Notes under the pieces: model-generated
Database searches by the model: none
What the model was told of the DNA's origin: nothing
The model's input: the letters and a program-made list of their open reading frames with translations, nothing else
Program-made: the position numbers and the translations under genes
Shown here: positions 13,899 through 28,010 of the stretch, piece by piece
How positions within the stretch are numbered: position 1 is the first letter of the stretch
Layout: the number at the start of each line of letters is the position of its first letter
Source: Chiloscyllium plagiosum
Lineage: Eukaryota
Direction: 5' to 3'
Assembly (NCBI RefSeq): GCF_004010195.1
Contig: NC_057718.1
Coordinates: 81,920,427 to 81,984,426, forward strand
DNA length: 64,000 bases

Positions 13899-14611
13899 CT
13901 GGAAAGACAGGAATGCCTGGATTAGAAAAGAAGTAGAACCAACATACCTCCTACTCTAATAAATTTTCATCTAGTTTTTATTAACATTAAAATTATGTTA
14001 GTATTTGCTACATCTTCAAAGCCTTGAAGCATTTGAGAAGTTTTTTTTTAGGAACAGTCCTGTATTATTTTCACAGCAATTGGTGAGACCAATATCACAG
14101 AAGAGACATGCATATAAATAAGGGGTTGTGAACATTGCCTCCATCTCAATTCGTTCAAGCACAGCTAATTATAAATTTGAGTTTGAATAAAATGAAGACA
14201 TTTTTAGAACACGCTGGCCATATACATTCAAATATGCTTGCTGAAACGAAGCGATTATATAGTTTATTGTCAAAAAGGGCCATGATTATTGTTAAAATCC
14301 TTCTTTCTGATTGAAAACTGATAACTGACACTGGTTGCTGTACAGTGAGTAGTTAGGAAATGACATTGAAATTCCAATTATAGTGGCTTGTGATAAAAAG
14401 GCTTAATTCACATTTATAACTATTAACATAATCAAGTACAGTTATGGAATCACACGAACACACTTATTCCACATAGCTGATATAAAAAATCTTTAACATC
14501 ATCTACAATTAAAGCTAGTTCTATGACTATTAAATTAATTGATAGTAAAAATTGCAGTGTTAATGTCAATGTACAACCATGAGAAAAATGTAATAAGATG
14601 TAGATACTCAC

Positions 14612-14673
14612 GCTCTATTTTCTTTTGTCATTTTATAACTAATAAGAGTTCTTTCTATATAATTTTCAAGAGC
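14612..14673 (-). CDS. C6orf118: Probable C6orf118 penultimate exon (ALENYIERTLISYKMTKENRA)
   Basis: 62 nt, ttgtttcag|GCT...GC|gtgagt, phase 0/2, open frame in unique AT-rich DNA. Confidence 0.7.
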
Positions 14674-14730
14674 CTGAAACAAATATAGAAAATGTAATCA
14701 ATTTTATTTTTATGATGAATAAACGTATTA

Positions 14731-15100
14731 TGGCAGGTGGGACTAGATTGGTTAGGATATCTGGTCGGCATGGACGAGTTGGACCGAAGGGTCTGTTTCC
14801 ATGTTGTATATCCCTATGACTCTATGGCAGAAGGCAGAGAGTGGGGATAAATGGGTCCTTCTTAGCATGGAAGCTGGTGACTAAAGGTCAATGTTGGGAC
14901 CTCAACTTTTCACTTTATACATCGGAGGCTGAGGGTTGACCTTTTAGAGATTTATAAAATCATGAGGGCCATGGATTGAGTGAATAGACAAGGTCCTTTC
15001 CCTAGGGTGAGGGAGTTCAAAACCAGAGGGCATAGGTTTAAAGTGAGATGGGAAAGATTTAAAAAGGACCTGGGGGGTCATTTTTCACGCACAGGGTGAC
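14731..15100 (+). mobile_element. CR1-group LINE 3' fragments
   Basis: 3' UTR ggcaggtgggactagattgg...ctatgactct followed by rearranged ORF2 pieces. Confidence 0.75.
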
Positions 15101-15219
15101 AGTGTTGGGTGCCAGTGGTTATCCAGTCTGCGTTTCATCTTCCAAATGTAGAGGAGACCAGATTATGAGCAGTGAATGCAATAGATAAGATTGAGTGAAT
15201 TGCAGGTAAAGTACAGGGC

Positions 15220-18200
15220 GACCGAGAGGGAGAGGCATCACTTGATGCCTACAGTAGCCCCTGGAAGCAGTCACCTGCACTGAAAAGCAAAGTGTTGTGG
15301 GTCTGATATCAAGTAGTGCCTCCCAAGTGCCAGTGTCCAGAATGTCTCAGAGTGACTGCAGAATGTTCTCAAGGGGGAGGGTGAGCAACCAGACGTCATT
15401 ATGCATGTTGTCACAAATAGCATAGGTAGAAATAGGAATGATTATAGAGAGCTAGGAGAAAAGTTAAAAACCAGGACCTCAATAGTGGAAATCTTGGATT
15501 ATTTCTGGTGCCACGTGCTGGAGAGGCTAAGAACAAGTGGATAAGGCAGATGAAAGCATGGCTAAACAATTGGTGCAGGGAGCAGGGATTCACATTCTTA
15601 GATCATTGGTATCTTTCCTGGGGGCAGAGGTGACCTGTTCAAGAGGGAAGGTTGCTGCTGAACCAGAGGGGGACCAATATCCCGGTGGGCAGATTTGCCA
15701 GTGCTACAAGGGAAGGTTTAAACTACATTGGCGATGGGGGGTGGGATCCTCAATAGCAAGGATGCAAGTGCTAGGCTGGAAGGCGATATAGTTATCAGAA
15801 ATAGCAAGTTTAAGAGACAGGTCAGGCTGGAACACAACAGGGAGTGAGAAATGCCTGTTGGATTAAATCATATCTATTTCAATGCAAGAGAGCTGACAGG
15901 TAAGGCTGATGAACACAGGGCATTGTTAGGTATGTGGGACTGGGATATTATAGCCATGACAGTAACATTGCTAAGGGAGGGACAGGACTGGCAGCTTAAT
16001 GTACCTGGGTACAGGTGCTTCAGGCAGGACAGAGGTGGAGGAAAGAGGGGAAGGGAGTTGCACTTTTGGTTAAGGGGAGTATCACATAGAGGAAATAACT
16101 GAGGATTCATCTAGTGAGGCTTTGTGAGTGGAGTTAAGAAATATGAAGGGGGTGGTGATGTTATTAGGCTTGTACTATAGGCCTCCAAATAGTCAACGGG
16201 TATTAGAGGAACAAATACGCAATGAGATTAGAGAGATTTGCAGGAGTTGTCAGAATAGGGGATTTTAATTTTCCTAACATAGACTGGGACTGCCATAGTG
16301 TTAAGAGTTTAGATGGGGTGGAATTTGTTACGTGTTCATGAAAGTTTCCTTAAGCAGTATATAGAGGGTCGTATTTGGGAAGGGGTAAAACTTGACCTAT
16401 TCTTGGGAAATAGGGCAGGAGAGATGACTGAGGTGACAGTGGGGGAGGACTTTCAGACTAGTGACCATAGTTCTGTTAATTTTAAAATAGTTACGGAGAA
16501 ATATAAAACAAGTCCACAGATTCAGGTTCTAAATTGTGGCAAGCTGAATATTGATGGAATTGACTGGAGCTTGCAAGGGTTGATTGGAATAGTTTGTTTA
16601 TAGGCAGTGGGACCTCTGGCAAGTGGGAGGCTTTTAAAAGTGTGATAGCTAGAGTTCAAGATCTATATGTTCCTGTGAGGGTGAAGGGCAAGGTTGGCAG
16701 AAATAGGGAACCCTGGATGACAAGAGATACTGAGGCTGTCACCAGACAAAAAGGAGGCGTGGGTCAGGTACAGGCAGCTACGATCAAGGGAATCCCTGGA
16801 GGCACATGGGGATACAGGAGTTTACTGAAGGAGGAAATCAGGAAGGTGAAAAGGGGGCACAACATAGCTTTGGCTGAGAAGATTAGGGTGAATCCAAAGA
16901 GATTAAGTATAATAAAGTAAAAAGAATATAACCAGAGAGAGAATAGGACCCCTCAAGGATCAAAGTGGACATATATGTGTGAAAACACAGGAGATGGGAG
17001 AGGTCCTCAATGAATATTTCTCCTATGTTTCCTGTGGAGGAAGACATAAAGACTTGGGAACTTGGGGAAGTTAGGGATGATATGTTGGGGACAGTCTATA
17101 TGACAGTAGAGGGTGTGTTGGATGTATTAGAATGCATGAAAGTGGATAAATCTCCTATTCCTGACCATGGGTGAGGTCCTGGAAGACTGGAAGGTAGCGA
17201 ATGTTGTGCTCTTATGCAAGAAAGGCTGAAAAGAGAAACCTGAAACTATCGACCAGTAAGTCTAACATCTGCGATAGGTAAGTTACTGGAGAAGATTCCG
17301 AAGGACAAGATGTACCTGCATTTGGAAAGACTGGATTTGATTAGGAGTAGTCAGCACGGCTTTGTGCAAGGGAAATCATGCCACACAAATTTGTTAGAGT
17401 TTTTTGATGAAGTAACCAGGAAGGTTGATGAGGGCAGGGCGGTAGACGTAGCCTATATGGATTTCAGTAAGTCCTTTGATAAGGTTCCACATGGTAGGCT
17501 GCTCTGGAAGATTAGATAGCATGGAATTCAAGGCAAGCTGGCAAATTAGATACATACTTGGCTTGATGGTAGGAAGCAGAAGGTAATAATGGAAGGATGC
17601 TTTTCGGACTGGAGGCCTATGACTAATGGAGTGCCTCAGGTCGGTGCAGGGCCCACTGCTGTTTATTAATCTATATCGTGATTTGGATGAGAACGTACAA
17701 GTCATGATTAGTAAGTTTGCAGATGGACAGTGGACAGTGAGGAAGGTTATCAGAAATTGCAGCAGGACCTTTGAACAGCTGGGCAAGTGGACCAAGAAGT
17801 GACAAACGGAGTTTAATGTAAGTGTGAGGTTTTGCATTGTGGAAAGTCAAATCGTGGTGAATGGTAGAGCTTTAAGATGTGTAGTGGAATAGAGGGACCT
17901 TGGTGTTCAGGTTCACAGTTCTCTGAAAGTGGAGTCACAGGTAGACAGGACAGTGAAGGCGGCTTTTGGCACACTGGCCTTCATCAGTCAGGGCAGTGAG
18001 TATAGAAGTTGGGAAATTATGTTGCAGTTTGTACAGGACGTTGGTGAGACCACATTTGGAGTATTGTGTTCAGTTTTGGTCATCTTGTTATAGAAAGGAT
18101 TTTATTAAAATTGGAAAGAGTGTAGAAGAAATTTACAAGGATGTTGCCAGGACTCAGGGACTGAGTTATAGGAAGAGGTTGTTCAAGTTAGGACCATTTT

Positions 18201-18588
18201 CTTAAGAGCATAGGAACTGAATCTTATAGAATGTATAAGGTCATAAGAGGCACGGATAGGGCGTTATGCACTCAATCTTTTTCCCAGGGTTGCGGAATCG
18301 AGGACTAGAGGGCATCAGTTTAAAGTTAGGGGGGGAAGAATAAAAAGGAAGCAGAGGGGCAACTTTTAACACAGAGGGTGGAACACATATGGAATGAGCT
18401 GCCAGCGGAAGTGGTTGAGGTGGATACATTAACAACATTTAAATGGCATTTGGAGAAATACATGGTTAGGAAAGGTTTAGAAGGATATGGGCCAAGTGCA
18501 GGGAAATGAGGTTAGCATTAATGTTTTAGTCAGCATGGCCCAATTTGGGCCGAACGGCCTATCTCCATGCTGCAGGACTCTGTGACTC
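15220..18588 (+). mobile_element. 5'-truncated CR1-group LINE (end of ORF1 esterase, degenerate EN-RT ORF2)
   Basis: IYFNAR...WDIIAMTVT (EN); SQHGFVQGKSCHTNLLEFFDEVT..DVAYMDFSKSFDKVPH (RT); 3' UTR and tail near 18580. Confidence 0.88.
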
Positions 18589-19409
18589 CAACTGTTTCAC
18601 TTGGAAGGCATATCTGGGGCCTTTGATAGTAAGGAGGGAGGAAGTAAACGGGCAGGTGTTACATCTTCTACAATTTCAGGGAAAGGTACCATGGAAGTAT
18701 GGACGGATGTCAGGAGTGAAGGAGGACTGAATCAAGGTGTCCCAAAGGGAACGGTCCCTGCGGAAGGCTGACAAGGATGGTGATGGGAGGGAAATATGTG
18801 TCTGAAAATGGCATTCCTTTGGAGGTGGCAGAAATGGCATCTAATGATCCTCTGGATTTGAATACGGATGCTGGGAGAGCAGTAAGTGAGGATGGGGGGC
18901 ATTATCAATGTTTTGGGAGGGAAGAGAAAGGGTGCAGGCCAAAGTGAAGGAGAAGAGTCAGACATGGCTCAGGGCCCTGTCAACCATGATGGTGGGGAAT
19001 CCTCAAATGAAAACGTTGAACATATTAGTGTTCCCATTGTCGAAACTGGCATCATCAGAAAAGATGGAACCGAGTCAAAGAAACTGGGAAAATGGGAACA
19101 GTCTTTCCAGGAAGCAGGGTACAATGATGTATAATCAAGGTAACTGTGGGAGTCAGTGGATTTGTGATGGATATCAATGGCCAGCCTATCCTCAGAAATA
19201 CAAACAGAGATGCTGAGGAAGGGAAGGGAGGAATCAGAAATGAAGTAGGTAAAGGTGGAAGAGGATGGAAATTGGAAAAGTTTATCAATTTTGCTTCCAA
19301 TCCAGGCTGAGAGAGGGAAGCTACACCAATGATGTCATCGATTTATCAGAGAAACAGTCATGGTGGAGCCCAAATAGGACTGGAACAAGGAATGTTCTAC
19401 ATACCAGTT

Positions 19410-22400
19410 CTGTTTTTCAGTGGCAGCAGCGACTCAAAGGGCAGGAGCTTGGACCAGGGGCCTGCTGGGAGCACCGAGTCGCTGATTTGAGCTTTTATAT
19501 TTGAAGTCAGAGAGCAGAGGTTTCTGGGAAAGGAGGGACTTCTTCGTTTTATTTCCATCCAGATATAGAAGTCAGTGTTTTCTCAACCCGAGACCCTACC
19601 TTAGTAGGGCCTCCCACCCAACCACCTCCTCTCATCTTAAAGACTAGGGACACATCAGCTATGCATCTCTTCTTTTTTACTTTGTGATAAGGGGACTACC
19701 AGGGATGGCAGTGCAGGGAGAGCAATGTTCCTCCTGCATGATGTTTGAGGTGAGGGATGCCATTAGTGTCCAATCCAAGTACATCTGCAGGAAGTGCACC
19801 CAACTCTCACTCCTCCAAGACCGTGTTAGGGAACTGGAGCGGAAGCTGGATGAACTCTGGATTATTCGGGAGGCAGAGACTGTGATTGATAAGAGTTACA
19901 GGGAAGTAGTTACTCCTAGGCATGAAGAAAGCTGGGTGACTGTTTGAAGGGAGACAAAACAGTAAATGGAGGGATCCCCTGTGGTCATTCCCCTGAAAAA
20001 CATGTATACCGTTTTGGATACTGTTGGGGGGGACAACTTACCAGGTGTGTGCAGTGGGGCCCAGGTCTCTGGCACAGAGCCTGTCCGTGTTGCACAGAAG
20101 GGAAGGAGGGAAAGGAGGAGAGTGTTAGTTATTGGGGACTCAATAGTTAGAGGCTCAGATAGAAGGTTTGTTGGGGATGAACGAGACTCGCGGTTGATGT
20201 GTTGCCTCCCAGGTGCCATGGTCCGTGATGTCTCGGATCTATCTTTGGGGTCCTGAAGGGAGAGGGTAACCACCCTCAAGTCGTGGTCCATGTAGGTACC
20301 AATGACATAGGTAGAAAGAGGGATAGGGATATAAGGCAGGAATTCAGAGAGCTAGGGTGGAAGCTGAGAGCCAGAACAAACAGAGTTGTTATCTCTGGTT
20401 TGTTACCCGTGCCACGTGATAACAAGGCAAGGAATAGGGAGAGCTATCAGCTGAACACGTGGCTGCAAGGATGGTGCAGGAGGGAGGGTTTCAAGTACTT
20501 GGATAATTGGGGCTCATTCTGGGGAAGGTGGGACCTGTACAAACAGGATGATCTTCACTCGAACCAGAGGTGTACTAATATCCTGGGTGGGAAATTTGCT
20601 GGTGCTATTTGGGTGGGTTTAAACTAGCTCAGCAGGGGGATGGGAATCGGAGGTGCAGTTGCAGTGCACAGGAGGATGAGAGTAGGGAGGACACGGACAG
20701 GATTTCAGGGTCACAGAAATATGCTGGCAGACAGCAAACCGGCTCGAAGTGTGTCTACTTCAACGCCAGAAGTATCCGAAATAAGGTAGGTGAGCTTGCA
20801 GCATGGATAGGTATCTGGGATTTCGATGTTGTGGCCATTTCGGAGACATGGATAGAACAGGGAGAGGAATGGATGTTGCAGGCTCCAGGGTTTAGATCTT
20901 TCACTGAGAACAGACAAGGCAGTAAAAGAGGGGAAGGTGTGGCTTTGTTAGTCAAGGATAGCATAACGGTGGTTGAAAGAACTTTTGACGAGGACCCGTT
21001 TACTGAGGTAGTGTGGGCTGAGGTTAGAAACAGGAGAGGAGAGTTCACACTGCTTGGAATTTTTTATAGGCCTCCACAGAGTTCCAGGGAAGTGGAAGAG
21101 AGGATTGGTAAAATTATTCTGGGTAGGAATGAAAGGAACAGGGTGGTCATTATGGGGGACTTTAACATCCCCAACATTGACTGGAAATGCTATAACTCTA
21201 GTACGTCGGATGGATCAGTTTTTGTCCAACGTGTACAGGAGTGTTTCCTGACACAGCATGTCGAAGAGCCGACAAGGGGGGAGGTCACACTGGATCTGGT
21301 GCTTGGTAATGAACCAGGCCAGGTGTTTGATTTAGTTGTAGGTGAGCACTTTGGAGAGAGTGACCATAATTCAGTTACATTTAGTTTAGCGATGGAAAGG
21401 GATAGGTGCATGCCACAGGTCAAGAGTTATCGATGAGGCAAGGGCAATTATAATGCGATTAGGCAAGAATTAAGATGCATAGAATGGGGTAGCAAAATGC
21501 AGCGGATGCAGACAATGGAAATGTGGAGCTGGTTTAAGGAACAGATATTGCGTGCCCTTGCGTGTCCCTGTCAGGTAGGGAGGAAGTGTAAGGTAAGGGA
21601 ACCATGGTTTACTACAGAAGTTACATCTCTTGTTAAGCAGAAGAAGGAGGCTTATGTGTTGATGAGGCAAGATGGTTCAGATGAGGTGATGGAGAGTTAC
21701 AGATCAGCTAGGAAGGATTTAAAGAGAGAGTTACAAAGAGCAAAGAGAGGACACGAGCAGTCTTTAGCAAATAAAATAAATGAGAACCTTAAAGCTTTCT
21801 ATAGGCATGTGAGGAATAAAAGGATGACTAGGGTAGGAATAGGGCCAAAGACAGAAGTGGGATATTGAGTGTGGACCCTGTGGAGACCGGAGAGGTGCTA
21901 AACAAACATTTCTCATTGGTTTTCACTCAGGAAAAGGAGAATATTGTAGAGGAGAAAAAAAAAGAGGTACGAGATATTAGACTAGAAAGGATCGAGGTTA
22001 GTTACGAACAGGTGTTATCAATTCTAGAAGGAGTGAAAGTAGATAAGTTCCCTGTGCTGGATGGGATTTATCCGAGGATTCTCTGGGAAGCTAAGGAGGA
22101 GATAACAGAGCCTTTGAGTTGTCATTGTCTACAGGTTTAGTACCAGAGGACTGGAGGATTGCAAATGTTCTGCCCTTGTTCAAGAAGGACAGTAGAGATG
22201 ACCCAGGTAATTATAGACCAGTGAGCCTTACTTCTGTTATAGGAAAGGTTTTGGAAAGGATTATAAGAAATAAGATTTATAATGATCGAGCAAGCAACAA
22301 TTTGATTTCAGATAGTCAACATGGTTTCGTCAAGGTCAGGTCGTGTCTCACAAACCTCATTGAGTTTTTTGAGGTGGTGACCAAGCATGTAGATGAGGGT

Positions 22401-23572
22401 AGGGCAGTTGACATGGTATACATGGACTTCAGTAAAACCTTTGATAAGGTTCCACATGGTGGGCTGTTGGAGAAAATGCAGAGCCATGGAATTCAGGGTG
22501 ATTTCGCAGTTTGGATTAGAAACTGGCTTTCTGAAAGAAGGCAGCGAATGGTGGTTGATGAAAAATATTCAGCCTGGAGTTCGGTTACTAGTGGTGTGCT
22601 GCAAGGATCTGTTTTGGGACTACTGCTGTTTGTCATTTTTATAAATGACTTAGACGCAGACATAGGTGGATGGATTAGTAAATTTGCAGACGACACTAAA
22701 GTCGGTGGAGTAGTGGACAGTTTGGAAGAATGTTACAGATTGCGGGGGACTTGGATAAACTGCAGAATTGAGCTGAGAGGTGGCAAATGGAGTTCAGTGC
22801 AGCTAAATGTGAGGTGATGCACTTTGGGAAGAATAACAGGTAGGCAGAGTACTGGGTCAACGGAAAGATTCTTGGTAGTGTGGATGTGCAGAGGGATCTT
22901 GGAGTCCATGTACATAGATCCCTGAAAATTGCTACCCAGGTTGAAAGTGCTGTTAAGAAGGTATACGGTGTGTTAGGTTTCATTGGTAGAGGGATTGAGC
23001 TCCGGAGCCGCAACATCATGCTGCAATTATACAAAATGTTAGTGCGGCCACACTTGGAATATTGTGTACAGTTCTGGTCGCCATATTTCAGGAAGGATGT
23101 GGAAGCACTGGAAAAGGTGCAGAGGAGATTTACCAGGATGTTGCCTGAGCTGGAAGGAAGGTCTTATGAGGAAAGGCTGAGAAACTTGGGTCTGTTCTCA
23201 CTGGAAAGAAGAAGGCTAAGAGGGATTTGATAGAGACATACAAGATGATCAGAGGATTAGATAGGGTAGACAGTGAAAGTTTTTTCCTAGAATGATGTCA
23301 TCAGCTTGTAGGAGGGAGCATAACTGCAAATTGAAGGGTGATAGATTTAAGACAGATGTCAGAGGCAGGTTCTTTACGCAGAGAGTGGGAAGGGCGTGGA
23401 ATGCCCTACCTGCTAATGTAGTCAACTCTGCCACATTAGGGAGATTTAAACAATCCTTGGGTAAGTACTTGGATGATGATGGGATAGTGTAGGGCACGAG
23501 CTGAGAATAGTTCACAGGTTGGTGCAACATCGAGGGCCGAAGGGCCTGTTCTGCGCTGTATTGTTCTATGTT
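19410..23572 (+). mobile_element. Near full-length CR1-group LINE with ORF1 (Zn finger, coiled coil, SGNH esterase) and ORF2 (APE endonuclease, RT); frameshifted
   Basis: ORF1: CSSCMMFEV..YICRKC, VIGDSIVRG, VHVGTNDIG, DDLH. ORF2: YFNARSIRNK, SETW, YRPP, GDFNIP, SDHN, QHGF, QGSVLG, FADDTK. Tail attgttctatgttct. Confidence 0.93.
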
Positions 23573-24496
23573 CTTCCCCACAAAGAGATGGACATAACCA
23601 TGCAGGTACCCATGCCCCTTTGATCTGAAGAAAGCGAGAGGAGTTAAAGTAGAAGTTGTTCAAAGTGAATAAGAGCTCAGCCAAGCAGAAGAGGATGGTG
23701 GAGGATGGGGCGGTTCAGGATTTTTTTCCAGGAGGAAGCAAAGAACCCTGAGACCATTAAGGGATTAGATGTCCATAGTGAAGAGGAGGCAGCTGGAACA
23801 CTCAAACTGGAAATTCTGAAACTTACAAAGCATCACAGGAATTGCAGTTGTAAGTAGGAAGGGACTGGACACGTGAGAAAAAATCAAGTTGAGATAGAAG
23901 AGATGGGTTCTGTGGGGCAGGAACAAGCAGAAGCAATAGGTCTGCCCAGGCAATCCTCTTTGTAGATTTTGGGAAGGAGGTAGAAGTGGTCTGAGTGGGG
24001 TTGGGCTCGAAGACAATGGTGGGTAGAGATCACCAGATGAAATGTGATCAGTGACCATCGTAAGTACAATAGCCTTTTTTCTCCACTACTCGCTCTCCAA
24101 TATTCTTCTAACTTTACTCAGCACTTTGGAATTTCTGAAAGTCATTTTAAGTGTACATGCTCAGCATTGTTGAAGTGCAATTGATAATTCAATGGCAATT
24201 AGCTGTTGCCTAGGTTTGTGTTGAGATTGTTCCCTTTGGGAGCCAGGCTGAGATAACACAAACTTTCGACACAGAACATCTGTGGCCAATAGCAGGAATA
24301 GATGATCTGTTGAATTTGGGCACAAGACACAGAAGTGCATGGTACTTACTTAATTCACTACATCTGCCATTCCTTCAGGGCGATCGTCAATGTTTGCCAA
24401 GAAAATTAAACTGAACTCAGAACATTCAAGGAATCAGAAAATTATTGAGAAATACAGCAGTGAGTTAAGCAAAACTGACAACATAAGTGTACTTAC

Positions 24497-24550
24497 TTTT
24501 ATTTTGCTGCGAAGAAAGTCATTGAATTTCTGAAAGTATGCAATTTCACC
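24497..24550 (-). CDS. C6orf118: C6orf118 exon (GEIAYFQKFNDFLRSKIK)
   Basis: 54 nt, caacag|GGT...AAA|gtaagt, phase 0/0; resembles human HEAIQLETENMILKKKIK. Confidence 0.82.
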
Positions 24551-24944
24551 CTGTTGATATATTAGAATGTTATCTACAATACAATAACTCTTAACTCTTA
24601 GCAATACAACATTGCAAATTTAACAAGAGGCATCAGAATTAAACTTTGGAGTTCTGTCAAACAAGGGTTCCTCCAATAACTTGTTATTTTTAAAAGCCTG
24701 TAGTTCATATTCTAGTATTTGGGATGCAGTTGAGAATGACTAGTTGTATTTTTTCAAAGTACACAATTAGAAATGAAACAGGGAAAGTGGGAGGGAAAGT
24801 GCTAATAGACTAATCAACCATCAAGACAAACACACAAATAAAACTGCATTGGGAGCAGAGATGAAATTTGCCTTATGCCCACACAACATATTTGCAGAGT
24901 ATGCAATTTACTGAACTTGTATCATTATAATAATGAATTTAAGA

Positions 24945-27900
24945 ACAAAAGAGAAGTACAGCACAGAAAAAGGCCTTTCGAGCCTTCAAGCCTGTGCCAA
25001 TCATCAGGTGCTAACTGAAAAAACTGCCCTTATTTGGTCCAAGTCCCTCAATTCCACCCCCCCATTCTTGTAACCATCTAGGTGCCTTTTAAATGTCACC
25101 AACATATCTGCTTCCACTATCTCTTCTGGTAGTGCACTCCAGATTCCTACCACTGTGTTAAAAACTTCCCTCGCAGGTCTCCCTTAAACTATCCACCCTA
25201 TCTATGCCTCTCATAATTTTGTAGACCTCTCTCAGGTCTCCTCTCAGCCACCGTCTTTCCGGTGAAAACAATCCCAGTCTTTTTAAACTTTCCTCATAGC
25301 CAATGCCATCGAGACCAGGCAACATCCTGGTGAACCTCTCTGCACTCTCTCCAAAGCTTCCATGTCCTTATGGTAGTGTGGTGACCAAAACTGCACACAA
25401 TACTCCAAATGTGGCCTAACAAGGGTTTTATATAGCTGTAATGTGGTTTGTACTCTCTGCTCTGGCCAATGAAGGCAAGCATGCCTTCTTAAACACCTTA
25501 GCCACCTATGTTGCCACTTTTAAGGAACTGTGGACCTGCATGTTAATGTTTCTAAGGGTTCTGTTATTTACAGTTTAATTCAACCTAAATTTGATCCTCC
25601 AAAATGCATCACCTCACATTTGTCTGGATTAAACTCCATCTACCATTTCTGTGCCCAAGTTGCCAATCTATCCTGTTGTATCCTTTCACAATCATCGGCA
25701 CTATTAGCAAGTCCACCAATCTTCGTGTCATCTGCAAACTTACTAATCAGACCACCCACCTTTTCCCCAGATCATTTATATATACTACAAATATCAGAGC
25801 ACCGAAGGCTGGCCCCTGTGGAACACCATCAATTACCGGTCTCCATTCTGAAAAAGATCCATCCACTGTTACCCTCTGTTTTCTATGACCAAGCCAGTTT
25901 TGTATCCATTTAGCCAGCCCATCCAGAATCCCATGTGATCTTAGTTTTTGTACCAATCTGCCATGTGGGACTAAAGCCCATATAAACTACATTCAAAACC
26001 CTTCCCTCATCAATTACATTTGTTACCTCTTCAAAACATTCAATCACATTCATGAGACATGACCTTCCTCATACAAAACCATGTTGCCTGTCACTGACTA
26101 ATTGATTTTCTTCCAAATGCGCATGTAGCTTGTCCCTCAGTATCTTCTCCAAGAACTTCCTCATCACAGACGTCAGGCTCACCGGCCTGTAATTTCCTAA
26201 ATTATCCTGCTTCCTTTCTTCAGGGAATAACACTGGCTAATCTCCAGTCCTCTGGAACCTCGCCTCTAGTCAAGGGGATGTGAAAATATCCGTGAATGCC
26301 CCAGCTCTTTCTTCCCTTGCCTCTCGCAGTAAACTGGGGTAGATCCTATCTGGCCCACAGGACTTGTCTACCTTAATGCAATTTAGGATACACAAAACTT
26401 CGTCTTTCAATATATTGACATCGTCTAGAGGATTCACACACTCATCCCTGGTCTCAGCATCAGTCATGTCCTTCTCCTTGGAGAATACTGATAGAATGTA
26501 CTCATTAAGGATCTCTCCCATTTCCTGCAGCTCCGCACGTAACTTCCCTCCTTGGTCCTTGAGTGGACCTACACTTTCCCTTCCTACCCTCTTTCTTCTA
26601 ACATGTGCGAATCCTGCCATTACTATTCTTCCATTTTGCAGGGACATGCATGTCCTGCACTTTAATCGACTGGTCTTTAAAAGCCTCCCACATGCCAGAC
26701 GTAGATTTGCCCTCAAATAATTGCTCCCAATGCACATTCCCCAGTTCCTGTCCAATGTGGATGCAATTGGCCCTTGCCCAATTAAGCAGCCTCATCTGAG
26801 GGCCACTTTTGTCCTTGTCCATTAGTACTCGAATCCTATGGAGTTATGGTTACCATACCCAACATGCTCTCCTACTGATCGATCACCTGTCCTATCTTAT
26901 TCCCTAATACCAAGTCTTGTTTGGCTTCCTTTCTGGTTGAATTGTCAACATACTGTCTCAAAAAGCTTTCTTAGACCCATCTAATAAATTACTCTCCATC
27001 CAAGCCCCTGGCTCTAAGGGAGTCCCAATCGTGAGCAAATGAGCACTTTGGAAAAAAAAAAGAGTACAAGCATGGACTATTTTCTAAATGGTGAGAAAAT
27101 TCCTAAAGCCACAGGACAAAGGGATCTGGGAGTGCTAGTCCAGGACTCTCTAAAGGTTGACTTACAGGTTGAGCCCTTGATTAAGAAAGCAAATGTAACG
27201 TTGTCATTAATCTCAAGAGGGTTGGAATATAAATGCAGCGATGTGCTTCTGAGACTTCTAGTCAGGCCCCATTTGGAATACTGTGTCCAATTTTGGGCTC
27301 CATCCCTCAGGAAGGACATACTGGCACTGCAGCACAAGGATGATCCCTGGAAAGGTAGACCTAACATACGATGAACGGCTGAGGATCCTGGGATTGTATT
27401 CATTAGAGTTTAGAGGTTGAGGGGAGATCTAATAGAAACTTACAAGAAAATGCATGGCTTAGAAAGGTTGGATGCTGGGAAGTTGTTTCCGTTCAACGGG
27501 GAGACTAGGACCTGTGGGCACAGCCTTAGAATTAGAGGGGGTCAATTTAGAACAGAAATGAGGAGACATTTCTTCAGCCAGAGAGTGGTGGGACTGTGGA
27601 ATTAATTGCCATGGAGCACAGTAGAGGCCAGGATGTTAAACATCTTCAAGGCAGAGATTGAGAAATTCTTGATCTTGCAAGAAATTAAGGGCTACAAGGA
27701 TAGTGCGGGTAAGTGGAGTTGAAATGCTCATCAGTCATGATTAAATAGCAGAGTGGACTCGACGGGCTGAATGGCCTTACTTTCACTCCTACGTCTTATG
27801 GTCTTAATAAGAGGTAAGTTGAAGTCACCTACCACAACTACCTTGCTTTTTTCACACATTTCCAGTATCTGACTATATATCTGCTCCTCTGTCTCCAGTG

Positions 27901-28010
27901 GGCTGTTGGGAGGTCTATAGCAAACTCCCAAACTTTCACCCTTCCTATTCTTGAGCTCCACCCACAATGCCTCACTACTAGATCCCTCTGATATGTCCTC
28001 CCTCAACACA
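24945..28010 (-). mobile_element. CR1-group LINE ORF2 remnant with a nested plus-strand LINE piece (27035-27810)
   Basis: RT (GVPQGPAFGALIFVVYINDL), tether, and EN (YRPPNS...VVGDFNLP at about 27815-28000). Confidence 0.85.
27035..27810 (+). mobile_element. CR1-group LINE 3' fragment (different subfamily)
   Basis: [25 protein letters not shown]...FFSQRVVGLWN; tail cttatggtctta. Confidence 0.85.

Larger units (their letters stand above)
15100..24075 (-). mobile_element. Penelope-like element split into three pieces (about 15100-15215, 18590-19405, 23573-24075) by two CR1 LINEs
   Basis: RT motifs (FYLLPKIYKEDCLGRPIASACSCPTE; ELLFTLNNFYFNSSRFLQIKG), RIQRIIRCHFCHLQRNA..HIFPS, and a GIY-YIG remnant FTCNSLNLIYCIHCS..LLYI at about 15110-15210. 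Confidence 0.8.

Noticed and set aside
20609..23492. Active autonomous LINE
   Set aside because: ORF1 and ORF2 carry several stops and frameshifts.
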